DNA of 64,000 nucleotides from a virus (taxonomy: Duplodnaviria > Heunggongvirae > Uroviricota > Caudoviricetes), in the IMG/VR virus record IMGVR_UViG_3300021979_000001, positions 162,948 to 226,947 of that record; one strand, written 5' to 3'. The notes below the pieces were generated by a model. That model worked only from the letters and a program-made list of their open reading frames with translations. It made no database searches and was not told the origin of the DNA. The translations under genes were made by a program, and so were the position numbers. Shown here in pieces: positions 38,839-49,671 of this stretch. Each line of letters begins with the position of its first letter. Position 1 is the first letter of the stretch.

Positions 38839-39530
38839 AATTGATATAGTTCGTTTAGGATTTCCGTGGATTCTAGCGCTTTATCTGCGAACCCAAGTTT
38901 AATATACCAATCGAGTGCATACTCATAAAACTCGATATATGACGACACGTTATTATTGTGTATTGCCATTGCAGTAATGGTTTCGGGGGATAGGGTGTTA
39001 AAACGACCAGTCTGGGTCAACCAGAATAAATTTTTTCCTAGATTGTATTCTAATGTTTGTTGGTCAATGATTTTAACATCTTTGATATTTTTGGGATTAA
39101 CAATGATTTCGTGTTCATCCCGGTCATTCATATATGCAATTATATCATTGAAATCAACGGTTGTTGATAAAACATAACCGGTATGATCTATCGTCCGTTT
39201 CACGAATGCGTCGGCACATTTACGATCCGTAGTCCATGACCATCCGGTGTAATTGTGCGAACCACAGCCACGGTAAATTTGCAATGGTTGTGAAAGAGCA
39301 TTCAACCATTTGCGGTCTTTTGGGCGCATCATCAGCGCATATAATGGATTGGTTTTTACATCATCCAAAATTTCAGAAATTATATCAAGATTGTCGAATA
39401 TATTTTCCGAAGTAACCCATGCGCCACCAAATGCCCGCCAGAATTTTCGTTCTGATATTACTTTCCTTTTCCTGGCATTGTATAGCGCGGAAATACGTTC
39501 TGGTTTGTCAAAAAGATACAACCAATCCAT
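38835..39530 (-). CDS. ADP-ribosyltransferase-fold protein (R-S-E type)
   Basis: IYRG..GWSWTT....A..F..EHEIIV. Confidence 0.65.
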   Translation of the reverse strand: MDWLYLFDKPERISALYNARKRKVISERKFWRAFGGAWVTSENIFDNLDIISEILDDVKTNPLYALMMRPKDRKWLNALSQPLQIYRGCGSHNYTGWSWTTDRKCADAFVKRTIDHTGYVLSTTVDFNDIIAYMNDRDEHEIIVNPKNIKDVKIIDQQTLEYNLGKNLFWLTQTGRFNTLSPETITAMAIHNNNVSSYIEFYEYALDWYIKLGFADKALESTEILNELYQL

Positions 39531-39582
39531 ATCAAAGCATCCTGGTGTTTTTGGTGATGATGTTTATACTTAACACAAATTA

Positions 39583-39828
39583 TTATATTTGTAATAGAAA
39601 GAATATTGCATCTGTTTTGTTTTTGAAAAGTAGGGTTGGTTCAGGAAAATTAATCACAGTGACATCCGAATCGAATGAAAATCTTTCCAAATATTTTATC
39701 ATTTTATAAAACGAATAATAGTAATCACCATATAACGGATCAAACATCATAAAACGTTTATCGGTAATATCGATGACGACCGCACATTCATATGGGTCGT
39801 CATCGAAAAATGCGTCACGCAGTCTCAT
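39583..39828 (-). CDS. hypothetical protein, C-terminal-motif family
   Basis: Ends LFKNKTDAIFFLLQI. Confidence 0.65.
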   Translation of the reverse strand: MRLRDAFFDDDPYECAVVIDITDKRFMMFDPLYGDYYYSFYKMIKYLERFSFDSDVTVINFPEPTLLFKNKTDAIFFLLQI

Positions 39829-40288
39829 ATTTTTCCAACAATTGTGCCAGAAAATTGCGGGATTTCACCGGATCACGGTAATATACGGCTTGCCCACCGG
39901 CCTTTTCCCAACGTTTCACATTGGCGATGAAATCATCAACCAGTATATCACCATGTGCAACCATATGTGTTGCTTTATCCCGTGATAAACACGTGGTAAC
40001 GTTATCCCAGTTGAAATGATGTTTCCACCATTTTCGTTTTGCTACAACGGCAACATCATAGCCGGTTCGTGGGCACCCGGTTAAAACAGTTGGATTGAAC
40101 CGGCTAACCAATTCCCACAACTCATGTGCCCCCTCTTTAAGAGGGACACCATCCCAAAAATCGGGGGTGTTATTAACGTTTTCCCACAATTCGGGATTGC
40201 TCATATCTTTTGGCAATTTACCAAAATTTGACAACACATGGCTGTCAAAATCTGCAAAAACACCGTCGGAATCAACAAATAAATTCAT
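39815..40288 (-). CDS. HAD 5'(3')-deoxyribonucleotidase-like protein
   Basis: DSDGVFADF, LTG, K..W, LVDD...N...W..AGG. Confidence 0.88.
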   Translation of the reverse strand: MNLFVDSDGVFADFDSHVLSNFGKLPKDMSNPELWENVNNTPDFWDGVPLKEGAHELWELVSRFNPTVLTGCPRTGYDVAVVAKRKWWKHHFNWDNVTTCLSRDKATHMVAHGDILVDDFIANVKRWEKAGGQAVYYRDPVKSRNFLAQLLEKYETA

Positions 40289-40833
40289 TACTTCGTCCCT
40301 TTAAGCAATACGTATTTCATTTTAGTGGTGTCTGCTTGTAGCAGTTTAATCAAAGCGTTACCAGCCATAATAGCATCAGACAATGCATTATGATGCTGGG
40401 TCACTGTAACGCCCACATGTTCGCATAGTGCGGGCAATGACATATTATTTTTTGTTTTCAGAACGTGCCGAGCATATCCTTGACTACATCCGATAGGTCG
40501 CATTAGTGTCGAATGACCAATAATATGCAAATCGTGATTGAGCATTTTATGATCATTTTTTGCAGAATGTGCGATAATCGAATCCGTATTGATGAAATCC
40601 ATCAATTTTGGAAAAGCATGCTCGAACAACATCCCTTTACGGCATTGTTTTGGGTGGATACCAATTTTTTTGATGACGTAATAGTTGAAATCCGACGTTT
40701 TTGGATTTACCAGAATTTCAAGTGTGTCAGTCATTTTTCCGTTTTCAAACCGGGCCGCACCGATTTGAATTATTTGACGAACGTTTTTATAATCACGTCC
40801 GGTTGCTTCAATGTCGATTGCAACGAAACGCAT
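40288..40833 (-). CDS. DEDDh exonuclease (DnaQ/epsilon-like)
   Basis: DIEATG, IQIG, AHSA..D, HHNALSDA. Confidence 0.9.
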   Translation of the reverse strand: MRFVAIDIEATGRDYKNVRQIIQIGAARFENGKMTDTLEILVNPKTSDFNYYVIKKIGIHPKQCRKGMLFEHAFPKLMDFINTDSIIAHSAKNDHKMLNHDLHIIGHSTLMRPIGCSQGYARHVLKTKNNMSLPALCEHVGVTVTQHHNALSDAIMAGNALIKLLQADTTKMKYVLLKGTK

Positions 40834-40977
40834 AATTGGCTCCCCTGGTCAATGAATGATTAATATAGCAACATAATTTTAAACGTCAAACCAATAATTA
40901 ATGTTGCTCATTATTAATTGTTTTGGAACATATTGATGTGTTAGGATCACTAATCTCATTTTTATAGGTATGATGTA

Positions 40978-42354
40978 ATGAAAAAAACAACGTGGTGTCC
41001 GCTTCCATGGTTACATATCGGTGTTCGGAACAATGGTGATTTGCGATTATGTTGTCACTCGAATACGGCCCCAGGAAAGGGTATTTATTTAAAAGACGAT
41101 GGGGTGACCGCGTATCGTGCAGATGATCCGGGTGCTATTGAAGCTGCCAGAAATTCACAATTGGCGAAAGATGTAAGAAAAACAATGATGTCTGGGGAAT
41201 GGCACCCAAGTTGTATTCGGTGTCAGCGGGAAGATGAAGCAAATCTCAATAGTCGTCGTCAATATGAAACAGAATTGTGGGCACCCGCGTTAACCGAAGA
41301 TCAATGTGCAACAATTACCGACACCGATGGCACACTGGACGTATCCAAGTCACCCCTGCGATATATTGATTTGCGCCTGGGTAATTTATGCAATCTTAAA
41401 TGTCGGATGTGCGGACCGACGGACAGTTCAATGTGGTATGACGATCTACCAGAGCAGGCAGATGGTTCAAAACAGTTCAATGATTCACATGGTGCGGTCC
41501 AGCTTATCCGTAATAATAAGGGTGGATGGATTGCTGCCAACAATGATTATGACTGGCCGCAGAACCAACAATTTTGGGATGATTTCAAGAAAAATATTTC
41601 TGCATTGCGCTTTATCTATGTGGTGGGTGGTGAACCCTTCATGATAAAAGAACATTTTGAATTTCTGGAATATCTTATTTCAGAAGGGGTGTCAGAAAAA
41701 ATCGTTCTTGAATACAATACAAATGGTGTCGTTATTCCGGCACGGGCGGCTGATATTTGGGCAAAATTCAAGCGGGTTCGTATTGGAGTTTCGCTTGATG
41801 GTGTTGGGGAAATCAATGATTACGTCCGATACCCCGCAAAATGGACGCACATTAAGAAAAATTTACACCGCCTTGATGATACACCAGATAATATCGAAGT
41901 ATGGTCATCCTTAACCGTGCAGATTTATAATATCTACTATCTGGATCAGATTTTAGATGAATGGATTGTTATGAATACGCAAGAGTTTAAAAAAATCAAT
42001 GGGTTAAAGCGAAAAAAACCTATTACTACGTCACATGCGCTGCATGGACCGATTAATTTCAATATTCGGACGTTACCGTCAGAAATCAAAAATGCGATCA
42101 AAAATAAGTTTGATGATGCAGCTTCATCATTTGATGATCGTCATCCTGGGATTGATCCGAGATACAAGACTGCATATGTCGAAACACTGGATTCGTATAT
42201 CAAGTTTATGATGGCTGACGATGCGTATTCCCCCGAGAATTTTGCAAGTTTTTGGGCACAAACATGTGATTTGGACAAAAAACGTAACCAAAATTTTAGC
42301 AATACGTTTCCTGAATTTTATGACATCATTTGTCCATATTTAAAAGATAAATAA
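40978..42354 (+). CDS. radical SAM protein with N-terminal SPASM/twitch-like Fe-S domain
   Basis: CPLPW.H..LCC..C.RC; CNLKCRMC; GGEP; YNTNG; SLDG..Y.RYP..W. Confidence 0.92.
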   Translation: MKKTTWCPLPWLHIGVRNNGDLRLCCHSNTAPGKGIYLKDDGVTAYRADDPGAIEAARNSQLAKDVRKTMMSGEWHPSCIRCQREDEANLNSRRQYETELWAPALTEDQCATITDTDGTLDVSKSPLRYIDLRLGNLCNLKCRMCGPTDSSMWYDDLPEQADGSKQFNDSHGAVQLIRNNKGGWIAANNDYDWPQNQQFWDDFKKNISALRFIYVVGGEPFMIKEHFEFLEYLISEGVSEKIVLEYNTNGVVIPARAADIWAKFKRVRIGVSLDGVGEINDYVRYPAKWTHIKKNLHRLDDTPDNIEVWSSLTVQIYNIYYLDQILDEWIVMNTQEFKKINGLKRKKPITTSHALHGPINFNIRTLPSEIKNAIKNKFDDAASSFDDRHPGIDPRYKTAYVETLDSYIKFMMADDAYSPENFASFWAQTCDLDKKRNQNFSNTFPEFYDIICPYLKDK

Positions 42355-42622
42355 AATCGGTTCTGGATGAACTAATCTGGTGGACAACGGATTACATAAA
42401 ACTTTATACCCCCGGCAAATGTTTTGTCGGGGTTTTTTTGTAATTTTTTACCAATCATAACCACATAAAATAAATCGACGTGGTGGGGTAAAATCGGGCC
42501 GTGTGCGATGGTTACGACGGTAGATTGATACTGGTTCCATTTTATCAGATACTCGCGTGTAGGGTCAAAAAAAAGGGCGGAACAATTGTTTCCACCCTTT
42601 TTAAATTATTGATATATGATAT

Positions 42623-43105
42623 TCAAACTTTACTGGTAATAATCCATTCGTCATTAATAAAAATCATGGAAATTGCGCCATTATCGGAATTTACGGTATA
42701 TGTTGATGCACCATCAATTGTTTCAGACCCATCGGGTGTGATTGTGATATTATCGGTGCCTGCGCCACCCCGATCTTTAATCACGAGATGTTTACCGGTG
42801 ATTCCCGGTGCAAGAGTAATGGTTGTTCCACCACTGGCCGGAGTTACGATAACGTAGTTTGTATCGGAATTGAGAGTATGTGTGGATGTAGATACCGTTT
42901 CAAGAATTAAATCGGTTTCGATTAGTGTCCACCCAGTTGCTCTACGAAAGAAAAGCGCGGGGGACGTTCCGTGTTTTATATAAATATCACCGTTATTGCC
43001 AAGCCCGATAAGAGGGACATTTGCACCTTGATGCACCGTCGGGCCATTTTTACCAATAGAAAATGATGCGGCCATCGTTCCTGAAATATTATGTTTAACC
43101 TGCAT
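42623..43105 (-). CDS. probable virion (tail/fibre-associated) protein
   Basis: TATAAATA upstream; G.NGD.YI and ITL....G....IKD.GG..N.ITI..G.ETIDG beta-rich motifs. Confidence 0.7.
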   Translation of the reverse strand: MQVKHNISGTMAASFSIGKNGPTVHQGANVPLIGLGNNGDIYIKHGTSPALFFRRATGWTLIETDLILETVSTSTHTLNSDTNYVIVTPASGGTTITLAPGITGKHLVIKDRGGAGTDNITITPDGSETIDGASTYTVNSDNGAISMIFINDEWIITSKV

Positions 43106-43234
43106 AAGCTATATTCCTTAATAGATTGTCTATTTATAACGAGTGAATATTTCGTTTCTCGCTTGAATATAAAAAACATAGCATATGATGGCAATTGCCT
43201 GGTAATTTAAAATCACCAGGCAACGATAATTATG

Positions 43235-43873
43235 CTATTTATAGGTGTCTGCCTTAAATTTCTGGTGGTAGTCAATGCCCTTTTTATGGGGCAGGTTAAA
43301 CACATTCCGCATCATATTCACAAATAACATGCCTTGTTCTAACGCATCGTCTACTGCAATATGGGTGTGTGGCAAGCGTTCTTTCCATTTTTGCGGGACT
43401 GTTTTTTTGACCGCACTTGAAAACGGTGAGATGTGTTTTTGTGACCATATGATGCTTTTCATGTCTACTACACTGGAAAACCCAAACGGGTTTTTTCCAT
43501 AAAAATGATGGAAATAATAATCAATCCATTTAAAATCATAAATGGCCGGATACCCTGCAAACACCGCTTTGGCATTTGATAATTTTTCCATTTCGCAAAT
43601 CCATGTCGCATAATCATGCATTGCGATACTTGGTAAAACCGGGTTAATTCTGGTTTCCGCATATGCCACGGGATTATTATTCCAGAATTTGGTAGTATCC
43701 GGGGAAGGGGTGGCATTTGGAAGAAGATCGAGATTTCGGGAAAATGAACCAATCACCGTTTTGTCAATGGTAACGGCGACTGATCCGAAACTCAACATGC
43801 TACTAAGTCCGGGAAATTTGCCATCAGCCTCAATGTCGGTGCTGATGAAAACGTTGTGCGTTATGTTGGTCAT
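43235..43873 (-). CDS. DEDDh 3'-5' exonuclease/exoribonuclease (Rv2179c-like)
   Basis: DIEADG, YP..YD, DMKS, HTHIAVDDA.EQ. Confidence 0.85.
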   Translation of the reverse strand: MTNITHNVFISTDIEADGKFPGLSSMLSFGSVAVTIDKTVIGSFSRNLDLLPNATPSPDTTKFWNNNPVAYAETRINPVLPSIAMHDYATWICEMEKLSNAKAVFAGYPAIYDFKWIDYYFHHFYGKNPFGFSSVVDMKSIIWSQKHISPFSSAVKKTVPQKWKERLPHTHIAVDDALEQGMLFVNMMRNVFNLPHKKGIDYHQKFKADTYK

Positions 43874-43941
43874 GTATGATCCTTTTAATAAGTGGATAAC
43901 GTCGTTGACAATTAAAAAATAATGTATTTTATGATATTTGT

Positions 43942-44484
43942 ATGATAGTTCTGTATTTCATAATTTGGAAAACACGTATCATGATAGATCATAATACTAA
44001 TATAACTTGCCAAATACAAGTGAATGGGAAGTCTCTCGATGAAAACCGTGATGACAATGACGGATCACTGGTTATCACGGCATGCCAGAACACGGAGTTC
44101 AGCGTATTTGTGGCGAATGATGCAGATCATGACCGAGAAATTGCCATAGCAATTGATGGGGTGTCAATCATTGATGGATGTATTTTCGATAATAATAGTG
44201 AAGGTTACATTTTACGGGCACACCACACAATGGTGATACCCGGTTGGCTCATTGATCAGAATAATTCACAGGGATTTGTTTTTGGGCCAAATAATGCCAT
44301 TATCAACATCATGGTTTATAATGGCACGATAGAACGACCTGTTGCTCATTCGGATCAATTATGTGGATCGTCATTTAATCATAGCCGGACATACGGCAAG
44401 AATAAATCATTTCCGCTTAATCGTATCGAGTTCGAACGTGGTGAATTGGTTGGGACATACGTAATAAAGGTATTTTCCTCATAA
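43942..44484 (+). CDS. beta-sandwich hypothetical protein
   Basis: VNGK..F.VFV.N..IDGVSIIDG..GYIL....IPGW. Confidence 0.7.
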   Translation: MIVLYFIIWKTRIMIDHNTNITCQIQVNGKSLDENRDDNDGSLVITACQNTEFSVFVANDADHDREIAIAIDGVSIIDGCIFDNNSEGYILRAHHTMVIPGWLIDQNNSQGFVFGPNNAIINIMVYNGTIERPVAHSDQLCGSSFNHSRTYGKNKSFPLNRIEFERGELVGTYVIKVFSS

Positions 44485-44491
44485 TTATTAA

Positions 44492-45055
44492 TTAAATCCA
44501 CTGAATGATTGGACCAGAACCTTTGTAATCGTGATCCCACACGAACCATGCAAATGCGATCATACCGGAATTTTTCATTTTGATACCATTACGTGTCATG
44601 GTTAATCGTTTTGAAAAAACATGCACTGATGCAAGTGGGGTATTTTCGAACATGGTTTTTCTTTTCCCACCTTCTAAAAACGCCAGTTTGCACAACATGG
44701 CAACTTTTCCGGTAGTCAATGATAAGGAATGCTCAACAAATTGTTGCGCCAGGGTGTAAGGCGGGTTTGTTATGATATTGTCGAATTTTTTATCAGATGT
44801 CAGAAAATCAATTCCGGTATCACCATAACCACGATCAATCAAATCGCTGGAAAACACTTGATGACCCTTTTCAATAAGCAAATTACTAATTGCGCCGTCA
44901 CCGCATGCTGGTTCCCAAATGGTTCCAGTAAAGGTTTCTCGTGACAATAAACCTAACGTTGCTTCGGGTGGGGTAGGATAAAAATCATTTTCGGGACGGC
45001 CAGTTGAGGTTCCAACTAAACTTCTTGCTCGTTTTAGGCGATTTTCTGTATTCAT
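44492..45055 (-). CDS. amino-DNA methyltransferase (N6-adenine type)
   Basis: DFYPTP, WEPACGDG, DFL, ITNPPY. Confidence 0.88.
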   Translation of the reverse strand: MNTENRLKRARSLVGTSTGRPENDFYPTPPEATLGLLSRETFTGTIWEPACGDGAISNLLIEKGHQVFSSDLIDRGYGDTGIDFLTSDKKFDNIITNPPYTLAQQFVEHSLSLTTGKVAMLCKLAFLEGGKRKTMFENTPLASVHVFSKRLTMTRNGIKMKNSGMIAFAWFVWDHDYKGSGPIIQWI

Positions 45056-45171
45056 TGGTTGCTTTCATAAAAAATATGTTCAGGGAACAGTATTTTTATT
45101 TAGCTAACCTATTGTTAACCCACTCTTTTTAAAAAAGATCACTTTTTTTTAAAAAAATGGTGTTTTTTATA

Positions 45172-45200
45172 TTGACGATCCGGCCTCAAACCGTTAAGTT
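45172..45200 (+). promoter_or_regulatory. sigma70-like early promoter
   Basis: TTGACG-17bp-TAAGTT with T/A-tract upstream elements. Confidence 0.6.
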
Positions 45201-45259
45201 ACATCTATCGGCGGACAACACAGTCACCGACTAAACATTAAAATGTAGGAACAAAAATC

Positions 45260-46174
45260 ATGACCGATTTTATCAAAAATCTCAAAGCCGAAGCGGAAAC
45301 CATCGTCGCCCGTGGCGACAAAAACCTTAAGAAAATGTCTTCTGGTCGTTCTGACATGTTCAAGGTGAACCCGTTTCTGTTGACCGTCGAACCGGGCTGG
45401 AACAGCCGGGAAGTGGATGCGCCGGGATACGATGCTGCAATTCGCGAACTGGCCCAGCAGATTGCTGATCAGGGTGTCCTCAAACCCCTGATGGTCAAGG
45501 TTTCTTCGGATGGCAAATTGGTGGTTCGTGATGGTCATCGTCGCCTTGCTGCAACAATGATCGCCATCAATGAACTCGGTGCCGAAATTCTGACTGTTCC
45601 GGCTCTGCCGGTTGATCGTAATTCGAACGCCGCCGACGAACTGTTCATCCAGATCACCTCAAACTCGGCTGAAAAGCTGACCGCCTTTGAAATGGCAAAG
45701 GTTTTCAAGCGCCTGATTGGCTTTGGCTGGACCGAAGCACAGATTGCACAGAAAGCTGGCGTAACCCCGCAGACTGTTGCAAACACTTTGGTTCTGATGG
45801 CGATGCCGGTGCCGGTGCAGAAGATGATTGTGGCAAAGACCGTTTCTCCAACTCTTGCCCGCCAGGTCTTCAATGCAACTGGTCAGGATGCGGATGCTAC
45901 CGTTGCCGAATTGACCAATGCTGCTGTAACCGCCGCCGAAGCCGGTAAGGAAACGATCACCGCAAAGCACCTTGCCGATGATGGCGCAGCATCGGATGTC
46001 AAATACGTCAGCCCGAAGAAAGCGGCCAAAAAAGCAAAAGCCACCGTTAACGTGGCTACTGAAATGAAGGCAGTATTCGATGCTGCAACCATCGACAATT
46101 CCGGCGAACGTGATGTTGTCGTAACCTTCTCGATTGCCGAATTTGAAAAGGTCAAAGAACTTCTGGCTCTGTAA
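45260..46174 (+). CDS. ParB/Srx-domain protein with HTH
   Basis: EPGWNSR, GVLKPLMV, DGHRRL, HTH WTEAQIAQKAGVTPQTV; GC-richer codons. Confidence 0.88.
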   Translation: MTDFIKNLKAEAETIVARGDKNLKKMSSGRSDMFKVNPFLLTVEPGWNSREVDAPGYDAAIRELAQQIADQGVLKPLMVKVSSDGKLVVRDGHRRLAATMIAINELGAEILTVPALPVDRNSNAADELFIQITSNSAEKLTAFEMAKVFKRLIGFGWTEAQIAQKAGVTPQTVANTLVLMAMPVPVQKMIVAKTVSPTLARQVFNATGQDADATVAELTNAAVTAAEAGKETITAKHLADDGAASDVKYVSPKKAAKKAKATVNVATEMKAVFDAATIDNSGERDVVVTFSIAEFEKVKELLAL

Positions 46175-46196
46175 ATCAAAACCGATGCCGAAACAT

Positions 46197-46227
46197 AGGC
46201 GGGGTTCGTTATGAACCTCGCCTTTTT
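46197..46227 (+). terminator. intrinsic terminator
   Basis: aggcggggttc/gaacctcgcct stem followed by a T run. Confidence 0.8.
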
Positions 46228-46313
46228 CTATAAATAGTCTACTAATAATTATCATTTGACAAATAAATGTTACCGAATAGAATATAATCAACCTTTTTGG
46301 TGGGAAATTAAAA

Positions 46314-46514
46314 ATGATTATCAGTGAATTTGACTATAACCAACTTCTGGTTATTAATATTGCGGGTGAACGGTCATCCAATTATGATCGTCGAATTTCG
46401 ATAATTGAATTTGAAGTAAAACGCAAAGCACGAATGATGGGCATTACGAATGATGTCATCATTTTCGAAGCAATTGAAAAATTAATTAAAAAAGAACGAA
46501 AAACTGTTCATTAA
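46314..46514 (+). CDS. hypothetical protein
   Basis: 66-aa ORF with RBS and upstream promoter motifs. Confidence 0.6.
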   Translation: MIISEFDYNQLLVINIAGERSSNYDRRISIIEFEVKRKARMMGITNDVIIFEAIEKLIKKERKTVH

Positions 46515-46526
46515 AACGGAAACCGA

Positions 46527-47216
46527 ATGCGATACAATGATTTAATTGAAGATGCCACTAACGATATGGGCGCACGGGATCAAATTCGATCTGTTATCAG
46601 ACGATTGATCAAAGTGATGCCATCATTTTCGGAATTTCATATTGGTGAATTGTCATCACCCAAAGGGTCATTGAAAATTCCGTATTTGACAATGAAAGAA
46701 ATGGGGTTTTCCGATTTCACTGATCTTGCTATTGGGACAATTGACGTTTCTGATGACATTGGGGTTTTTATGAAAATTCCAGATGACAGAAACGTAAATA
46801 TTCCCGCAGTCAATATGCTGTTGATCACGGCTAAGCCCGATGCCACCCCAAGTCAGGTGGCACAATCAATTCGGAAATTACCATATACGGTAATCCATGA
46901 ACTGGTGCATTATCAGGATTTAAAGCGTAAAAAAGGAAAAACTGTTAGTGCAACAAGTAATACTGATATGTCGGCATCCGATTATTTCAATCATTCATTT
47001 GAACTGAATGCCTATTATCATGAAGGTATTGCCAGGATGGAAGATAATCAAAATTTCATGGCAATGACTGATATGGAGTTTACTGACTTTATTAAGTTTT
47101 CATTTCGGTTTTTTGAACGGGATTGGTTGCAACATCTTTCAGATGATAACAGAAAACGATTGATTAAACGGTTGTTTTCATTATGGCAATCATACCAAAA
47201 TACAAATCCTGCGTAA
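46527..47216 (+). CDS. zincin-like metallopeptidase with an MRYNDLIE leader
   Basis: IHELVHYQD..YF....ELNAY. Confidence 0.75.
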   Translation: MRYNDLIEDATNDMGARDQIRSVIRRLIKVMPSFSEFHIGELSSPKGSLKIPYLTMKEMGFSDFTDLAIGTIDVSDDIGVFMKIPDDRNVNIPAVNMLLITAKPDATPSQVAQSIRKLPYTVIHELVHYQDLKRKKGKTVSATSNTDMSASDYFNHSFELNAYYHEGIARMEDNQNFMAMTDMEFTDFIKFSFRFFERDWLQHLSDDNRKRLIKRLFSLWQSYQNTNPA

Positions 47217-47322
47217 CCTGTTCCATTTTGACATAGCTGAAATGCTGCACATGCACAATGAATTCAGTGATTGATTAGGTAAATAGTAATAACAAATCGT
47301 TGTTACTGAATGGATTCCTAAG

Positions 47323-47421
47323 ATGGTTATGAATTTTTTGCGGCGCATCATGCGTCGATATATTGACGCACGTATGGCCCAAGTAAAGTATAAAATCTCA
47401 CATGGTGGATGGATAGTATGA
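47323..47421 (+). CDS. 32-aa Arg-rich peptide (MVMNFLRRIMRRYIDARMAQV...)
   Basis: Translated by hand; ATGA overlap with the next ORF. Confidence 0.45.
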   Translation: MVMNFLRRIMRRYIDARMAQVKYKISHGGWIV

Positions 47422-47585
47422 AAGATTTTTTGAAAAAGTTAAATGAAGCATGGAAAAGATTTCTGAAATGGAACAGCATGTCGGATGAAGAACGGTATTT
47501 GTCCAAGGCAGTTGACCTTGCCGACCTTGAAGAACGTCAACGACGTATCATTTACGGTCCTACTTCATCCTGGCGTTCATATTAA
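47418..47585 (+). CDS. 55-aa DUF3563-like protein, missing from the ORF track
   Basis: EERYLSKAVDLADLEERQRRI matches the E.YL..S.D..DLE.R.R pattern. Confidence 0.7.
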   Translation: MKDFLKKLNEAWKRFLKWNSMSDEERYLSKAVDLADLEERQRRIIYGPTSSWRSY

Positions 47586-47994
47586 TAATGCTCGTTGTCC
47601 AAAGAAACCCACTGATTCTGCGAATTGGTGGGTTTTTTATTTCAAAATTGGTTTTTCGGTTTCACATGTAACCGAATAATCAGTTGCCCGCCGAATGGTT
47701 CCGGTGTTATCCGCCAGTCCATATATATGCTGCCCAAAACCAGTTTCGATTTTTTGTTCATAGGTATCGGCTATATCCGGGCACGACAATGGCGGTAAGG
47801 GACCAAAAAATGCAACCACCATCCCGGCAAGGTAAATCGTTAAAAACATCATGTATCCCAAAAAATAGTTGATCCTGCATATTAGCATACCCCTATATGG
47901 GTGTCATTAAACTTTTTTCCACGAAAATATTGCAATTGTTAGGCCACTGGTGGTAATTTGATGAAATACCATTTATACAGGAACACTTACAATA

Positions 47995-48387
47995 ATGACT
48001 CCTTCAAAATTTGCACATCCCTTTGATAGCGTTAAAGAATTTCATAGTTCGTTTGGGGTAACCAATCAAACATCCCCATCATTTCCAAATGCAACCACTC
48101 GCGAATTGCGGCAGCGTTTGCTATTGGAAGAATATAACGAATATTGTGAAGCAGAACAGCAAAATGATTTGGTTGAAGTAGCAGATGCCCTGGCGGATAT
48201 GATCTATATTATTTGCGGAACTGCCGATATTTACGGCATCCCACTTGATGAAATTTTCGCCGAAGTGCATAGATCGAATATGTCAAAGTTGGATAAAAAC
48301 GGGTTACCGATTTATCGGGAAGATGGAAAAATTCTTAAAGGGCCAAATTATTTTCGGCCAAACATTACACAGTTTATTGAAAAGTGA
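47995..48387 (+). CDS. MazG-like NTP pyrophosphohydrolase
   Basis: V.EFH..F..LL.EE..E..EVADALAD..Y..EVHRSNMSK..DGKILKG. Confidence 0.93.
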   Translation: MTPSKFAHPFDSVKEFHSSFGVTNQTSPSFPNATTRELRQRLLLEEYNEYCEAEQQNDLVEVADALADMIYIICGTADIYGIPLDEIFAEVHRSNMSKLDKNGLPIYREDGKILKGPNYFRPNITQFIEK

Positions 48388-48431
48388 TTGTTTCTAAATA
48401 ACCATGAAACATATGATTACAGGGTAATGAG

Positions 48432-48776
48432 ATGATATTTCATGATATTAATTACAGCACATGGTCTGATGAAGCACTCATGAACAAGGTGTTAGAACTT
48501 AACAAGCATTTAAATAATTGTTATGGCAATGATTTATTGCAGTATCAAATCATGGTTATGTTAGAAACTGTTCAGATTGAACAACATGATCGGGCGTTAA
48601 AGTCTCGATTTGATATGGAACAAAAGATGAACAGTAGTTCGATTATGATAGAAACCGATCCATCGATGTCGGAAAAACCAACAGAACTTGAAAGCGAAAC
48701 GCAAAAAAATAAATCAAAACGCCCGGTTCCATTTAAAATGACCAAAACACCGGTAAAACCATCAAATAACAAATGA
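48432..48776 (+). CDS. hypothetical protein
   Basis: CTAAATA upstream; first gene of the polymerase operon. Confidence 0.7.
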   Translation: MIFHDINYSTWSDEALMNKVLELNKHLNNCYGNDLLQYQIMVMLETVQIEQHDRALKSRFDMEQKMNSSSIMIETDPSMSEKPTELESETQKNKSKRPVPFKMTKTPVKPSNNK

Positions 48777-48790
48777 TTTAAGGATTGTAT

Positions 48791-49609
<819 letters not shown>

Positions 49610-49671
49610 TTTAACTATAAGGGCAACATGACAATGATGTGTTGCCCTTATAAAACCACGAACGAGACAGC

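Noticed and set aside
45659-46291. Long antisense or alternative-frame ORFs (also 14634-15137, 24646-25101, 49219-49605, 60943-61437)
   Set aside because: They are shadows of well-supported genes on the other strand or frame, with no RBS or recognisable motifs.
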